Shown piece after piece: positions 1-10,722 of a DNA stretch of 64,000 nucleotides. Below the pieces are notes generated by a model that saw only the letters and a program-made list of their open reading frames with translations, was not told the origin of the DNA and searched no databases. The position numbers and the translations under genes are program-made. Each line of letters opens with the position of its first letter. Positions within the stretch are counted from its first letter, which is position 1. The DNA is taken from contig LCPQ01000001.1 of NCBI GenBank assembly GCA_001003705.1, positions 58,008-122,007 on the forward strand, read 5' to 3'. This stretch comes from Parcubacteria group bacterium GW2011_GWA2_48_9 (lineage in GTDB: Bacteria > Patescibacteriota > Patescibacteriia > UBA10025).

Positions 1-503
1 GAAAGGAAATGGATTTTATCGGAGAAAAAACATTTGATGCGGTACCGGCAAAAGTTATCGGAAAAAACGTTTTTCCAGCTCCGCCATCTCTTCTAGTAAA
101 CAGGGGAGCGAGTGTAGGTATTTCTAGTGGCTCCGCTGTTATTACTGATGACGGTGTAATCATTGGTCGCGTCACAGATGTAACCTCCACAACTTCCTTA
201 ATCAGTCTTATTACCGATCCACAGAGTGAATTTGCGGCAAAAGTACAAAATGAAACCCTGAGCACTGGGATACTTCTTGGCTCACACGGTTTAGGCCTTC
301 AAATAATCAGAATTCCTTACGACCACTCACTGCTTACCGACCAACGTGTAGTAACAGCGGGTACCGAGGAAGGAATCCCACCGGACCTGTACGTAGGCAC
401 AATAGAATCTATACAGTACACGGAGGGGGAGCTTTTTCAATCGGCTGTCGTCGAGCCAGCAATTGATTTTGAAAATGTCAGTATTGTAGCAATAATACGC
501 TAG
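1..503 (+). CDS. mreC: Rod shape-determining protein MreC, C-terminal portion (the gene starts upstream of the window)
   Basis: ORF 9..503 is open to the window edge. The translation has the MreC C-terminal beta-barrel pattern (…VVTAGTEEGIPPDLYVGTIES…) and sits immediately upstream of mreD-like and PBP2 genes. Confidence 0.6.
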   Translation, partial: KEMDFIGEKTFDAVPAKVIGKNVFPAPPSLLVNRGASVGISSGSAVITDDGVIIGRVTDVTSTTSLISLITDPQSEFAAKVQNETLSTGILLGSHGLGLQIIRIPYDHSLLTDQRVVTAGTEEGIPPDLYVGTIESIQYTEGELFQSAVVEPAIDFENVSIVAIIR

Positions 504-518
504 CTCACAAAAAAAGTA

Positions 519-1049
519 ATGCGAACCGTAATATTTGTTGCAATCTTCGCTGCAATTGTAGCAATCACGCAGATAAGCTTTGTGTCCCAGAGCTCTTTCT
601 TAAGTACCTACACTCATCTTGCCTTGCTGACTTCCACGCTAGTAACAATATTTCTCAACCCAAAAGTTTCTGTGCCGTTCGTAGTTCTAGTGGGTATATT
701 TCTCGATGGGGTCACCACATTACCCATGGGTACTATGACTATTGCTCTTTCTGCATCAACTATAATCATTTGTTTCATTTTAAAGCCCTTGCTCCGAAAC
801 AAGTACATTCTTGTCTTGGTCACCACGGTTGTTGGGCCTAGCATACTTACGTTAGTTGCTTGGCTATTTGATAAGCTTTTTGCATGGTTTGGTGGTGCGG
901 GTACCCATCTCATCATGGGACAACAATTACTGCACCAGCTTTTATCAATTACGTCTGGTAACCTCGTTCTTTCAATTATTGTGCTGTTGGTAGGGAAGGT
1001 ATCGAGTGAATACATATCAAAGCGCTTTATTAAAGTTCAATCGCAGTGA
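519..1049 (+). CDS. mreD: MreD-like polytopic membrane protein
   Basis: 176-aa hydrophobic protein with 5–6 predicted TM segments. It lies between mreC and mrdA, and its stop overlaps the mrdA start, as in the conserved mreCD-mrdA arrangement. Confidence 0.5.
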   Translation: MRTVIFVAIFAAIVAITQISFVSQSSFLSTYTHLALLTSTLVTIFLNPKVSVPFVVLVGIFLDGVTTLPMGTMTIALSASTIIICFILKPLLRNKYILVLVTTVVGPSILTLVAWLFDKLFAWFGGAGTHLIMGQQLLHQLLSITSGNLVLSIIVLLVGKVSSEYISKRFIKVQSQ

Positions 1050-2989
1050 AGAACCCATTTATCATCGATGCAGATAGACAAAAGTCCATTAAGCACCGCG
1101 AAGTTGCTAGCTTCAGCCGTGATCGCGTTATAGGTACGGAAGTTCCCTGGATATTTCCAGAAACAGATTCAATCCGTATGCATACCGACGAAAAAAGAGT
1201 TCATTGGCTTTTTTTTCTCGGTATAGTAGTATTCAGTATACTCTTGTACCGCACAGCCTCGCTTCAAATTGCTTCTGGCGACCAGTACAGACTTTGGGCG
1301 GAGCAGAATCGAATTCGTATTCAGTCTGTCATAGCTCCCCGCGGGATAATTTTTGATAGGATGAATAAAGAACTGGTTAAGAACATCCCAAATTTTCAAC
1401 TCTTGTTAATCCCCGCAGACCTTCCTCGAGGTGCTGATCAATTAGCCGATGTTATTAATAACCTCACCCCCTACAGCGGACTGTCGTCCGATGATTTAGA
1501 AAACCTCATTGGCAATGCCGATAGTTCATCATACCAGCCGCTGCTCATTCGAGAGCACGTCCCGCATGACGAGGCAGTCGTTATTGAAATCGCGACACGC
1601 GACATTCCGGGAGTACACACGGAGATTACGGCATCGAGAGAGTATGTATACGATGACCAGCTAGCGCACGTACTTGGATATACCGGTAAGCTTACTGAAA
1701 AGGAGTATGAAAGTGTTCTCTCGGAAGGTGCGCAATATGAACTAAATGAAGTAACCGGTAAAAGCGGCATCGAAAAGTCATATGAGAATATACTCAGGGG
1801 AATAAATGGAAAACGTGAAGTTGAGGTAGATGCCCTTGGAAAAGTGCAAAGACTTATTACTGATTCACCCCCTACTCCTGGAAATAATCTCACACTTACC
1901 ATTGATGCTGCCCTACAATCTGAGTTATCACGGCGCATATCAGAGCAACTTGCACATCTTCCAAACTCCACAGGTGCTGCCGCTGTAGTACTCGACCCTC
2001 GTTCAGGTTCGATACTGGCCCTCGCTTCGCAGCCGAGTTATTCCTCAAACGCATTTATCACGGGCCAATCGGATGAGGAATACCAGGATCTTATTAATGA
2101 TCCCAAGAATCCACTTTTTTTTCGCACTATCAGCGGCGAATACCCTTCCGGTTCGGTCATTAAGCCAATTATTGCAGCGGCAGCACTCGAGGAGGGTATC
2201 GTTAATTCCAAAACTACTTTTTTAAGTACTGGCGGCGTTTCTGTTGGGCCTTGGTTTTTTCCAGATTGGAAAGCTGGTGGCCACGGAGTTACCGATGTTA
2301 AAAAGGCTATCGCAGAATCCGTCAATACCTTTTTTTACCTTGTTGGTGGCGGCGATAATGTAACAACGACCGGCCTTGGTGTTGAACGAATTCGAGAATA
2401 CGGAGAACGATTCGGCTTGTCGCACCCGTTGGGAATCGATTTACTCGGCGAGGCGTCTGGTTTTTTGCCCTCGAAACAGTGGAAAGAGGACACAAAAGGT
2501 GAGCCATGGTATATTGGCGATACGTATCATCTTTCAATCGGTCAAGGTGATCTTCTCGTCACACCCTTACAGGTCGCAAGCTACACGGCAACTATCGCAA
2601 ACGGTGGAACCCTGTACCAGCCATATCTCGTTAACGAAGTAAAAGATTCAACAGGAAGAATAATCTCACAACACGCAAAGAAGATACTTTCTTCGGGCTT
2701 TGTAAGCCCCGCAAATATTCAAATTGTACGAGAGGGCATGCGATCAGGGGTAACTTCAGGAAGTTCACAACAACTAGCATCCCTACCTTTTACAACGGCG
2801 GGCAAAACAGGCACTGCGCAGTTTGGTGCAGACTCAAAAACTCACGCGTGGTTTACTGCATTTGCGCCGTATGAGAACCCAGAAATCGTTATCACGGTAC
2901 TTGTGGAGGCGGGTGGAGAGGGCCATGCAGCAGCGCTGCCAATAGCTAAGGAAATCCTTTCATGGTGGTATGAAAATGCTCGCTTGTAA
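1046..2989 (+). CDS. mrdA: Penicillin-binding protein 2 (peptidoglycan D,D-transpeptidase)
   Basis: 647 aa with an N-terminal TM anchor, a PBP dimerisation domain and a transpeptidase domain carrying SxxK (…SVIKP…), SxN and KTG(T) motifs (…AGKTGTAQF…). Confidence 0.9.
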   Translation: MKNPFIIDADRQKSIKHREVASFSRDRVIGTEVPWIFPETDSIRMHTDEKRVHWLFFLGIVVFSILLYRTASLQIASGDQYRLWAEQNRIRIQSVIAPRGIIFDRMNKELVKNIPNFQLLLIPADLPRGADQLADVINNLTPYSGLSSDDLENLIGNADSSSYQPLLIREHVPHDEAVVIEIATRDIPGVHTEITASREYVYDDQLAHVLGYTGKLTEKEYESVLSEGAQYELNEVTGKSGIEKSYENILRGINGKREVEVDALGKVQRLITDSPPTPGNNLTLTIDAALQSELSRRISEQLAHLPNSTGAAAVVLDPRSGSILALASQPSYSSNAFITGQSDEEYQDLINDPKNPLFFRTISGEYPSGSVIKPIIAAAALEEGIVNSKTTFLSTGGVSVGPWFFPDWKAGGHGVTDVKKAIAESVNTFFYLVGGGDNVTTTGLGVERIREYGERFGLSHPLGIDLLGEASGFLPSKQWKEDTKGEPWYIGDTYHLSIGQGDLLVTPLQVASYTATIANGGTLYQPYLVNEVKDSTGRIISQHAKKILSSGFVSPANIQIVREGMRSGVTSGSSQQLASLPFTTAGKTGTAQFGADSKTHAWFTAFAPYENPEIVITVLVEAGGEGHAAALPIAKEILSWWYENARL

Positions 2990-3005
2990 TGTGTGGATAA
3001 CTCTC

Positions 3006-3034
3006 TTGACACTACGGCCACGCGCGACTATCAT
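3006..3034 (+). promoter_or_regulatory. Sigma70-like promoter: TTGACA, 17-nt spacer, TATCAT, upstream of greA
   Basis: Read directly: TTGACA at 3006-3011, a 17-nt spacer, TATCAT at 3029-3034. It lies about 80 nt upstream of the greA start. Confidence 0.5.
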
Positions 3035-3112
3035 CGATTAAGTAAGTTTTCGAAATTCAAACTAAAACTCTATCACCGAGATCCGTACTATAAATAGGAT
3101 CATCGGCTTAGA

Positions 3113-3589
3113 ATGGTACTTATGGATAAAAAAACCTATTTAACAGGCGAGGGCTTCAAGAAAGTCATACGTGAGCTCGATGAACTGAAGAATGTAAAAA
3201 GGAAGGTTATTGCTGAACGAATACAGGACGCAAAAGAACTCGGAGATTTATCGGAAAACGCAGAATACGCTGAAGCAAAGAATGAGCAGTCTTTTACTGA
3301 GGGGCGGATAGCTGAACTTGAAACAATAGTAAAAAATGCTGAGATTATAGACAGTTCTAAACTTACAGCTGTTTCTGTTGAGGTTGGCAATACAGTGAAA
3401 CTGAAAGCGGAAGAAAATATCAGCCGTGAGTTTTCAATTGTTGGATCCAATGAAGCCGATCCGAATACAGGGCGCATCTCTAATGAATCACCACTTGGAC
3501 AAGCAATGCTTGGGAAAAGAGTTGGTGAGGAGGTAGTGATTTTTACCCCCGGTGGAAGAATCTCATACACCATCGAGTCGATTATTTGA
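3113..3589 (+). CDS. greA: Transcription elongation factor GreA
   Basis: 158 aa with an N-terminal coiled coil (…KELGDLSENAEYAEAKNEQ…) and a C-terminal FKBP-like domain, typical of GreA/GreB. Confidence 0.9.
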   Translation: MVLMDKKTYLTGEGFKKVIRELDELKNVKRKVIAERIQDAKELGDLSENAEYAEAKNEQSFTEGRIAELETIVKNAEIIDSSKLTAVSVEVGNTVKLKAEENISREFSIVGSNEADPNTGRISNESPLGQAMLGKRVGEEVVIFTPGGRISYTIESII

Positions 3590-3655
3590 ATTAATAACTT
3601 GATGACGCTCATAGAAGAAAGTAGCGGTTTTTTGTATTGCCAGTAAGTCATTCAG

Positions 3656-5158
3656 GTGGTACTATATTGTAAAGAAGTTAACCCTATGATTGAACACCGG
3701 ACAGAGCGCGCCACCAGAGAGCAAAGAAGGAAAGCTCTCATTGAAAGAGGTTATAATCCGTATCCTGCTAGAGTTGCTCGTACGCATCAGTGCCGTGAGG
3801 TCGAAGTTAACTTTGATGCATTGGAGTCAAGTGCAGAACGAATCAGTATTACTGGCCGAATAAGATCATTGCGAAAACACGGCGGGTCATGTTTTCTTGA
3901 TCTTGAAGACCAGAGTGGACGACTTCAGGTTTTTGTAAAAAAAGATTCAGTCGGTGATTCTACCTATTCTCTCCTAGTAGATTTCACTGACGTTGGCGAC
4001 TTTGCAGAAATTTCCGGTACGGCATATCGCACCCAGCGTGGTGAAAAATCACTTCTTGCGCAAACCTACAGAATTATCAGTAAATCCCTTGAACCGCTTC
4101 CTGAAAAATGGCACGGGCTTTCAGACGTTGAAGTACGTTATCGGAAAAGGTATTTAGATCTACTGGCCAATTCTGAGATAAAAACAGTTTTTAAAAAACG
4201 CGATCTCATAATGAGGGCAGTGAGAAAATTTTTGGAAGCAGAGCAATGCATGGAAGTCGAAACTCCAGTGTTGCAGCCGATTCCCGGAGGCGCGCTGGCG
4301 CGCCCATTTACTACTCACCATAACGCGCTTGGCAGTGATTTCTATCTTCGTGTGGCTCCAGAGTTGTACCTTAAACGGCTTATTGTCGGAGGTTTTGAAA
4401 AAGTATACGAAGTAGCCCGCTGTTTTAGGAATGAAGGTGTCGACCATTCCCACAATCCTGAATTCACTCAAGTAGAATGCTATATCGCCTATATGGACTA
4501 TGAGAAATTAATGGAATTTATTGAGCAGTTGATAGCGAGTACAGTTACTGCTGTTACCGGAGAACTTAAAACTGAGTTTGAGGGACACATGATAGAATTC
4601 TTTGCACCTTTTCAACGGATTACATTTCGAGACGCATTACAAAAATACGCGAAAATTGATATTGATAAGTTCCCAGAAACCTCCTCACTCCACAAAGAAC
4701 TTTTACGAAGGGATTTCCGGGTTGAACCAGGGTGGCAAAGGGCTGAAATGATGGATGAGCTCTTAAAAGACTTTGTGCGTCCCGCGCTCATTCAGCCAAC
4801 ATTCATCTATCGATACCCGGTTGAATTATCACCACTTTCAAAAAAAACTGAGGATGATCAGCGTTACGTCGAGCGATTTCAGCTTTTCTGTGCAGGAAAA
4901 GAAATAGTTAATGCATTTTCAGAAATAAACGATGCTATCGACCAGCGTGAACGATTTACGGACCAGGATAGGCGGCGAGCACAGGGTAATGAAGAACTGC
5001 ACAGAATTGATGAAGAATTCCTTGATGCACTTGCACACGGCATGCCGCCGACAGCAGGATTCGGGCTGGGGATAGACAGACTAACAAACATTTTAACAAA
5101 TACACACTCAATTAAAGAAGTGATTTTCTTTCCTACGTTAAAGCCGAGTGCGCAATGA
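3656..5158 (+). CDS. lysS: Lysine--tRNA ligase (class II)
   Basis: 500 aa with an N-terminal OB anticodon-binding domain and class II motifs (…FRNEGVDHSHNPEFT…, …GLGIDRL…). Confidence 0.9.
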   Translation: MVLYCKEVNPMIEHRTERATREQRRKALIERGYNPYPARVARTHQCREVEVNFDALESSAERISITGRIRSLRKHGGSCFLDLEDQSGRLQVFVKKDSVGDSTYSLLVDFTDVGDFAEISGTAYRTQRGEKSLLAQTYRIISKSLEPLPEKWHGLSDVEVRYRKRYLDLLANSEIKTVFKKRDLIMRAVRKFLEAEQCMEVETPVLQPIPGGALARPFTTHHNALGSDFYLRVAPELYLKRLIVGGFEKVYEVARCFRNEGVDHSHNPEFTQVECYIAYMDYEKLMEFIEQLIASTVTAVTGELKTEFEGHMIEFFAPFQRITFRDALQKYAKIDIDKFPETSSLHKELLRRDFRVEPGWQRAEMMDELLKDFVRPALIQPTFIYRYPVELSPLSKKTEDDQRYVERFQLFCAGKEIVNAFSEINDAIDQRERFTDQDRRRAQGNEELHRIDEEFLDALAHGMPPTAGFGLGIDRLTNILTNTHSIKEVIFFPTLKPSAQ

Positions 5159-5712
5159 CCCCTTCCCGTAGTGAGGCATGGAAACTACTAAATGAGTTTA
5201 CAAAATCGCCAAGTCTTATTAAGCATATGATTGCCGTGGAGGCGGCTATGCGTGCATATGCGAAAAAATTTAATGCAGACCAGGACTGGTGGGGGATAGT
5301 CGGACTACTGCACGACTTTGACTACGAGCGCTACCCTGACCTGAAGGATCATCCGTTTCAAGGTGCGGAAGTTTTAAGAAAGCATAAATACCCTGAGGGC
5401 ATTATTCACGCTATTCTTGCGCATGCACCACATACAGGGGAGCCGAGAGACTCGCTTGCGAAGAAGGCCATCTACGCTGTCGATGAATTATGCGGGTTTA
5501 TAGTCGCAGTTACATTGGTTCGTCCGTCAAAACATTTGAGTGACGTGAGCGTCGAGTCTGTTAAAAAGAAAATGAAGGACAAGGCATTTGCGCGCCAGGT
5601 CAGCCGTGAAGACATTGTTCAGGGAGCCGAAGAACTCGAGATGCCGCTGAATGATCACATAGCTACGGTACTATTATCGATGCAAGGTGTAGCCAGTGAA
5701 CTGGGGTTATGA
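5155..5712 (+). CDS. HD-domain phosphohydrolase
   Basis: 185 aa with an H…HD motif (…GLLHDFDYE…) and a later …HAILAH… His cluster. There is a 4-nt overlap with the lysS stop. Confidence 0.75.
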   Translation: MTPSRSEAWKLLNEFTKSPSLIKHMIAVEAAMRAYAKKFNADQDWWGIVGLLHDFDYERYPDLKDHPFQGAEVLRKHKYPEGIIHAILAHAPHTGEPRDSLAKKAIYAVDELCGFIVAVTLVRPSKHLSDVSVESVKKKMKDKAFARQVSREDIVQGAEELEMPLNDHIATVLLSMQGVASELGL

Positions 5713-5829
5713 GAAACAGGTAGTAGCCCCATATCCTTTGCCCATGCGGTATTCTAGTACGAGTCAAAAAAATACACGGGCAGGTTCGGAAGACTGCGAA
5801 GCGAAATCCAATAAGCAAGTAATATACAT

Positions 5830-7104
5830 ATGCTCGATATTAAATACATAAGACAGCAGCGAGCCGAAGTGATACAGAGTTTGGCTACAAGAAAAGTACG
5901 CGCTGATAGAATCGAATTAGTCATGCAGTTAGATGAGAATCATCGGCAGCTCCTCCAGAAGCTTGAGGATATTCGCGCCGAAAAAAATACCATTTCTAAG
6001 TCGATTACGTCATTAAGCCCTAAGGAAAAATCTCGCGTGCTTCAACGCATGGCAGACCGTTCGAAAGAAGAAAAAAAACTGGAGCAAAACACTGCTGAAA
6101 TTGAATCCAAGCGAATAGAAGCGCTTGGTGCATTACCAAACCTCCCTCATCAGAGTGTTCCCGTCGGAAATGACCAATCTCAAAATAAAGTCGTAAAAAC
6201 TGTTGGAAACAAACCTGACCTTGGATTCACCCCACTTGACTACATTACACTGAGTGAACGCCATGGACTTATTGACATTGTTCGCGCTGCAAAAATAAGT
6301 GGTTCACGATTCGGATATCTTACTGGCAATGGCGCACAACTTTGGTTCGCGCTCATGCAATACACTTTTGACATACTCCGTTCGAACGGCTTTTCATTTT
6401 TTTTCCCCCCCGTACTGGTAAAAAAACAAATAATGGAAAATACCGGTTACGATTCATATATTGAGGGCCAGGAGGCATACTACATCGAAAAAGATGATTT
6501 ATTTCTCATAGGGACGGGTGAACATGCGCTTGTGCCGTATCACAGCGGAGAAACATTGCCATCAGAGACCCTCCCGCGCCTTTATGCGGCATACTCGACG
6601 TGCTTTCGGAGAGAGGCGGGAAGCTACGGTAAGGACACAAAAGGTATTATGCGTGTACACCAGTTCGATAAAATTGAAATGGTTATTATCACGGATCCAG
6701 ACACCTCTTGGGACCAATTCGATAAGCTAGTAGAAATACAGGAACGCATAGTCACGGGACTCAAACTACCATATCATTTACTGGAGGTATGTACTGGTGA
6801 TCTTCCAAAACCGTCAGCAAAAGTTATTGACCTCGAGTGTTGGGTTCCATCTGAAGGACGCTATCGAGAAACCCATTCGGCTTCAAATTGCACCGATTAC
6901 CAGGCGCGTCGCAACATGATTAGATGTAAGGAGTCGGATCAACCAACGTCATTCGTTCACATTCTGAATGCTACGGCGATCACCCCGCGTACGCTTGTTG
7001 CCATCATTGAAAATTATCAGCTTGCTGACGGTTCAATACAGATACCACAAGCACTCCAACCGTACTTTGCGGGAAAATTAGTACTCACCCCTTCGACAAA
7101 ATAA
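5830..7104 (+). CDS. serS: Serine--tRNA ligase
   Basis: 424 aa with an N-terminal coiled-coil arm and class II core motifs (…FRREAGSYGKDTKGIMRVHQF…). Confidence 0.9.
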   Translation: MLDIKYIRQQRAEVIQSLATRKVRADRIELVMQLDENHRQLLQKLEDIRAEKNTISKSITSLSPKEKSRVLQRMADRSKEEKKLEQNTAEIESKRIEALGALPNLPHQSVPVGNDQSQNKVVKTVGNKPDLGFTPLDYITLSERHGLIDIVRAAKISGSRFGYLTGNGAQLWFALMQYTFDILRSNGFSFFFPPVLVKKQIMENTGYDSYIEGQEAYYIEKDDLFLIGTGEHALVPYHSGETLPSETLPRLYAAYSTCFRREAGSYGKDTKGIMRVHQFDKIEMVIITDPDTSWDQFDKLVEIQERIVTGLKLPYHLLEVCTGDLPKPSAKVIDLECWVPSEGRYRETHSASNCTDYQARRNMIRCKESDQPTSFVHILNATAITPRTLVAIIENYQLADGSIQIPQALQPYFAGKLVLTPSTK

Positions 7105-7110
7105 ATTTGC

Positions 7111-8256
7111 TTGTGCATGGCTACGAATACTACTTGGGTTGAAATTTCTCGACAGGCACTTAAGCACAACGTACAACTTTTTCAGGCTATGCTACGTCGA
7201 TCAGGATCGACGCTCATGGCAGTGGTGAAGTCAAACGCCTACGGCCATGGAATATCCGAGACTGCTCGAATTACTCAAGCATTGGGAGTTCGATGGTTTG
7301 GTGTTGCTGACACGAAAGAAGCGTTATTCCTAAGGAAAGAAGGGATTAGGTCGCGAATCCTCGTTTTGAGCTTCATCCAGCGAGATCTTGTTGCACATGC
7401 ACTTAAATCAAATATATCTTTACCGGTACACGATTATTCTATGGCGCTGATAATTTCTCGCATAGCTGTACGTACAAGGCATAAAGCGAATATTCATATT
7501 AAGATTGACACTGGCACTCATAGACTGGGAATAGCTGCCACCGACGCACTACATATTGTGCAGCGAATCTTGAAATTGCCCAACATTAACTTGGAGGGCT
7601 TTTTCACTCACTTCGCTGATTCAGAAAATCCGGACCAGCAATTTACAAACAAACAAACTGCCATTTTCAATAGTACCATCCAAGAAATGAAACGTAACGG
7701 AATTATAAGTAAAATGTGCCATGCTGCCTGCAGTGCTTCTACGCTCCTCAATAGGTCCTCACATATGAATCTTGCGAGAGTGGGTCTATCACTCTACGGC
7801 CTTTCTCCTCTGGAAAAAGAGCACCTTTCAATATCTCATAAGTTACGGCCCGTGCTTTCATGGAAAACAAGAATTATACAGGTTAAAACGGTTGTGAAGG
7901 GCGATACCATCGGTTATGGAAGAACGTTTCGTGTAAAGCACAAAATGCGCATAGCAACGATCGCTGTTGGTTACTGGGATGGTTATGACCGTAAGCTCTC
8001 AAATACCGGGAGGGTACTAGTACATGGGGCATACGCACCACTCATTGGAAGGGTGTGTATGAATGTATCCATGGTCGACGTCACTAACATTACTTCCTGT
8101 AAAGCTGGCGATGAGGTAGTCTTACTTGGCTCCCCTCGTAGAAGTAAATACGCGAGTAGGGGAGTCACTGCGGGGGAATTAGCTAGGAAGATAGGAACTA
8201 TCAACTACGAGGTAGTGACGCGGATTAACCCGCTGCTTCCGAGAATAATTGTGTAA
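7111..8256 (+). CDS. alr: Alanine racemase
   Basis: 381 aa with the PLP-lysine motif AVVKSNAYGHG and the C-terminal beta-domain. It is adjacent to ddl. Confidence 0.9.
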   Translation: MCMATNTTWVEISRQALKHNVQLFQAMLRRSGSTLMAVVKSNAYGHGISETARITQALGVRWFGVADTKEALFLRKEGIRSRILVLSFIQRDLVAHALKSNISLPVHDYSMALIISRIAVRTRHKANIHIKIDTGTHRLGIAATDALHIVQRILKLPNINLEGFFTHFADSENPDQQFTNKQTAIFNSTIQEMKRNGIISKMCHAACSASTLLNRSSHMNLARVGLSLYGLSPLEKEHLSISHKLRPVLSWKTRIIQVKTVVKGDTIGYGRTFRVKHKMRIATIAVGYWDGYDRKLSNTGRVLVHGAYAPLIGRVCMNVSMVDVTNITSCKAGDEVVLLGSPRRSKYASRGVTAGELARKIGTINYEVVTRINPLLPRIIV

Positions 8257-8267
8257 TAACCACATCC

Positions 8268-9395
8268 ATGCCAACAAAGAAATTACGAACCATTGCAGTC
8301 ATCTTCGGTGGACGGACTCCCGAACATGAAGTATCCATCGTATCAGCGCGTTCAGTAATAGAAGGACTCAAAATTACAGGCAATACGGTCGTACCCATTG
8401 GCATAACAAAAGAAGGACAGTGGCTTTTGGGAAGTGAAGCCCAAAAACTCCTCGAGGGAGCTGCACCGGACATGGAACACGCAACTGAGGGTACTATTCT
8501 TCCAGTCCCTATTGATGGGACATTCGCTTCTTCGGTCGCCCCGCGCATAAGAACACTAAAATCGCTTGATGTTGTTTTCCCAGTTATTCATGGCCCACTG
8601 GGAGAAGATGGATCGCTCCAAGGACTTTTTGAACTTGCAAACTTACCCTACGTAGGTGCTAACGTCCTTGGATCAGCAGTCGGCATGGACAAGGCAGTGA
8701 TGAAACGGCTCTTTATTGTTGCTGGCCTTCCAGTAGCAGAGTTCATAACCTTCGTAAAAGGGGAGTGGCTGAGAGACCGGAGAACAATCCTGAAAGAACT
8801 CTCGCAACTTACGTATCCTCTGTTTGTAAAGCCAGCAAATATGGGGTCATCAGTAGGTATATCGAAAGTACATGACCATAAACAACTCGCAAAAGCAATT
8901 GCACTAGCTCTAACGTACGATAGAAAAGTCCTTGTTGAAAAAGCCTTAAAGGGAGCGCGTGACATTGAATGCTCGGTCGTTGGCAATGATTTCCCTAAGT
9001 CGTCAATTCCGGGTGAAGTAGTCTCATCAAACGAATTTTATGATTATGACGCAAAATACGTTGACGGAAAGTCTCAAGCAATAATTCCTGCCCGGCTTCC
9101 TAAGGCAATGATGCGGAAAATTCAAGATATGGCGATTCAAGCGTTCCAGGCAATAGACCTGTGCGGTATGGCTCGCGTTGACTTTCTTGTTCACGGAAAA
9201 ACAATTTGGGTCAATGAAGTGAACACTATCCCTGGCTTCACCCCCATCAGTATGTACCCAAAACTTTGGGATGCGTCAGGAATTTCATACCCGCGACTAC
9301 TCGATGAGCTTGTCACGCTTGCAATCGAGCGACACAAAGAAAAGCAAGGGCTCAGCAGAACGTACGCGCCAAAAGTTGCGTGGCATAAAAAGTAA
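8268..9395 (+). CDS. ddl: D-alanine--D-alanine ligase
   Basis: 375 aa with the ATP-grasp fold and the typical N-terminal motif (…IAVIFGGRTPEHEVS…) and C-terminal motif (…ARVDFLV…NEVNTIPG…). Confidence 0.9.
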   Translation: MPTKKLRTIAVIFGGRTPEHEVSIVSARSVIEGLKITGNTVVPIGITKEGQWLLGSEAQKLLEGAAPDMEHATEGTILPVPIDGTFASSVAPRIRTLKSLDVVFPVIHGPLGEDGSLQGLFELANLPYVGANVLGSAVGMDKAVMKRLFIVAGLPVAEFITFVKGEWLRDRRTILKELSQLTYPLFVKPANMGSSVGISKVHDHKQLAKAIALALTYDRKVLVEKALKGARDIECSVVGNDFPKSSIPGEVVSSNEFYDYDAKYVDGKSQAIIPARLPKAMMRKIQDMAIQAFQAIDLCGMARVDFLVHGKTIWVNEVNTIPGFTPISMYPKLWDASGISYPRLLDELVTLAIERHKEKQGLSRTYAPKVAWHKK

Positions 9396-9414
9396 ACTAT
9401 CCTTTCTGTAACTA

Positions 9415-10263
9415 ATGCGTTGGTCTTACCGATATAGAAAAAACCCAATATCAGCCCGGAAAGCGGATACGGTGGGGGATACTCGCCGTGCTCACGGTCA
9501 AAAACAACTTTTTGGGAAAAAGTTAGGCTCGTATTCGTTAATGCTGGTACTCGATGCAGCGCTTCTTATTGTGTACGTATTTCTTTATTCTCCCTTGCTT
9601 GTCATAGACCAACTGCACATATCCGGTGGCGAAAATGTGTCAGAAGCAGTGATCCAAACACTAGTACGTGATTACAATAAAACACTACGATTCGGGATTA
9701 TTCCACAAACAAACCTACTGGCATTTTCTGCTTCTAGTTTTAAAGATTACGTCTCGGAACAATTTGACTTTGAGGAAATCTCCGTGCAAAAAAAACTTTT
9801 TCATACGCTGACTATCAATGTAAAGGAGAAGTCGCCTTTCGCACTTTTTTATTCGGTAGATAGGAAATTTCTTATAGAAAAAAACGGATTTATAGCAGGG
9901 GAGTACACGGGAGATATTGGAAATGAACAAGCGTTTCAAAAAATAGTGGAGGAGGTTGCACTTGGCGAACCAAAAGTAGCCGATCAGCTTGTTTCACCCG
10001 ATACAGCACTCTTTATGCAGGGTTTCCCCGCAAAACTGTCCGGTGATGCAGGACTGACGTTTTCCGAGTGGACTATACCGTCGCGTGATTCTCAACGCCT
10101 ACATGCGCGCGTCTCTGACGGGTGGTATATAGTTTTTCAAATGCAAAAGGATCTTACGCAACAATATCAGAATTTTCTGACTATTTGGAACGAGAAGCTT
10201 GCTGTTAATCCACCAAGTGAGTACGTCGATGTTCGCATAACCGATAGGGTATTCTTTAAATAA
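9415..10263 (+). CDS. ftsQ: FtsQ/DivIB-like cell division protein (single TM plus POTRA-like domain)
   Basis: 282 aa with a basic N-terminus, one TM segment and a periplasmic POTRA-like region. It sits directly downstream of ddl, as in dcw clusters. Confidence 0.55.
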   Translation: MRWSYRYRKNPISARKADTVGDTRRAHGQKQLFGKKLGSYSLMLVLDAALLIVYVFLYSPLLVIDQLHISGGENVSEAVIQTLVRDYNKTLRFGIIPQTNLLAFSASSFKDYVSEQFDFEEISVQKKLFHTLTINVKEKSPFALFYSVDRKFLIEKNGFIAGEYTGDIGNEQAFQKIVEEVALGEPKVADQLVSPDTALFMQGFPAKLSGDAGLTFSEWTIPSRDSQRLHARVSDGWYIVFQMQKDLTQQYQNFLTIWNEKLAVNPPSEYVDVRITDRVFFK

Positions 10264-10272
10264 GCACGCCAC

Positions 10273-10722
10273 ATGCTTTTACTTGCACACATTGTTGCTG
10301 GCTCATCTATCGGGGTACTGGCAAAAAACGGCGGGGAAGCGTTCGCTCTGGGCATGATCTCACATTTTGTAATGGATACGCTTCCTCACTGGAACTATAT
10401 CCTACGCGTCCCAATTACTCTCAAAAAGATTGTTGCCTACAGTCCTGACGTACTTACTCCATTGATCGTATTTTGGTGCTTTGTGACAGCCTTTCCAGAG
10501 CAGTCGGGGATAATTACACTCGCTACGCTAGGAGCCGTATTTCCAGACATAATCTCAATGATAGCTTTAGTATCAAAAACCTTAAGGGCTACGGTAGTAA
10601 TTCGTGTATTTCAAAAATTTCACAGTTCGATTCAATGGGAAATCGGTATATTGCCCGGCATGACAGTACAAGTGTTCGCTACTGCTGCCATACTACTTGC
10701 CACGAGGGTTTGGTACCCATAA
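10273..10722 (+). CDS. YdjM-like (DUF457) membrane-bound putative metal-dependent hydrolase
   Basis: 149-aa hydrophobic protein. The N-terminus (MLLLAHIVAGSSIGVLAKN) and the …SHFVMDTLPH… motif resemble the YdjM family. Family assignment is tentative. Confidence 0.4.
   Translation: MLLLAHIVAGSSIGVLAKNGGEAFALGMISHFVMDTLPHWNYILRVPITLKKIVAYSPDVLTPLIVFWCFVTAFPEQSGIITLATLGAVFPDIISMIALVSKTLRATVVIRVFQKFHSSIQWEIGILPGMTVQVFATAAILLATRVWYP

Noticed and set aside
5713-5829. Possible T-box or riboswitch leader upstream of serS
   Set aside because: Only about 117 nt of leader, with no recognisable specifier-loop or T-box (AGGGUGGNACCGCG-like) sequence. It is too short for a T-box.
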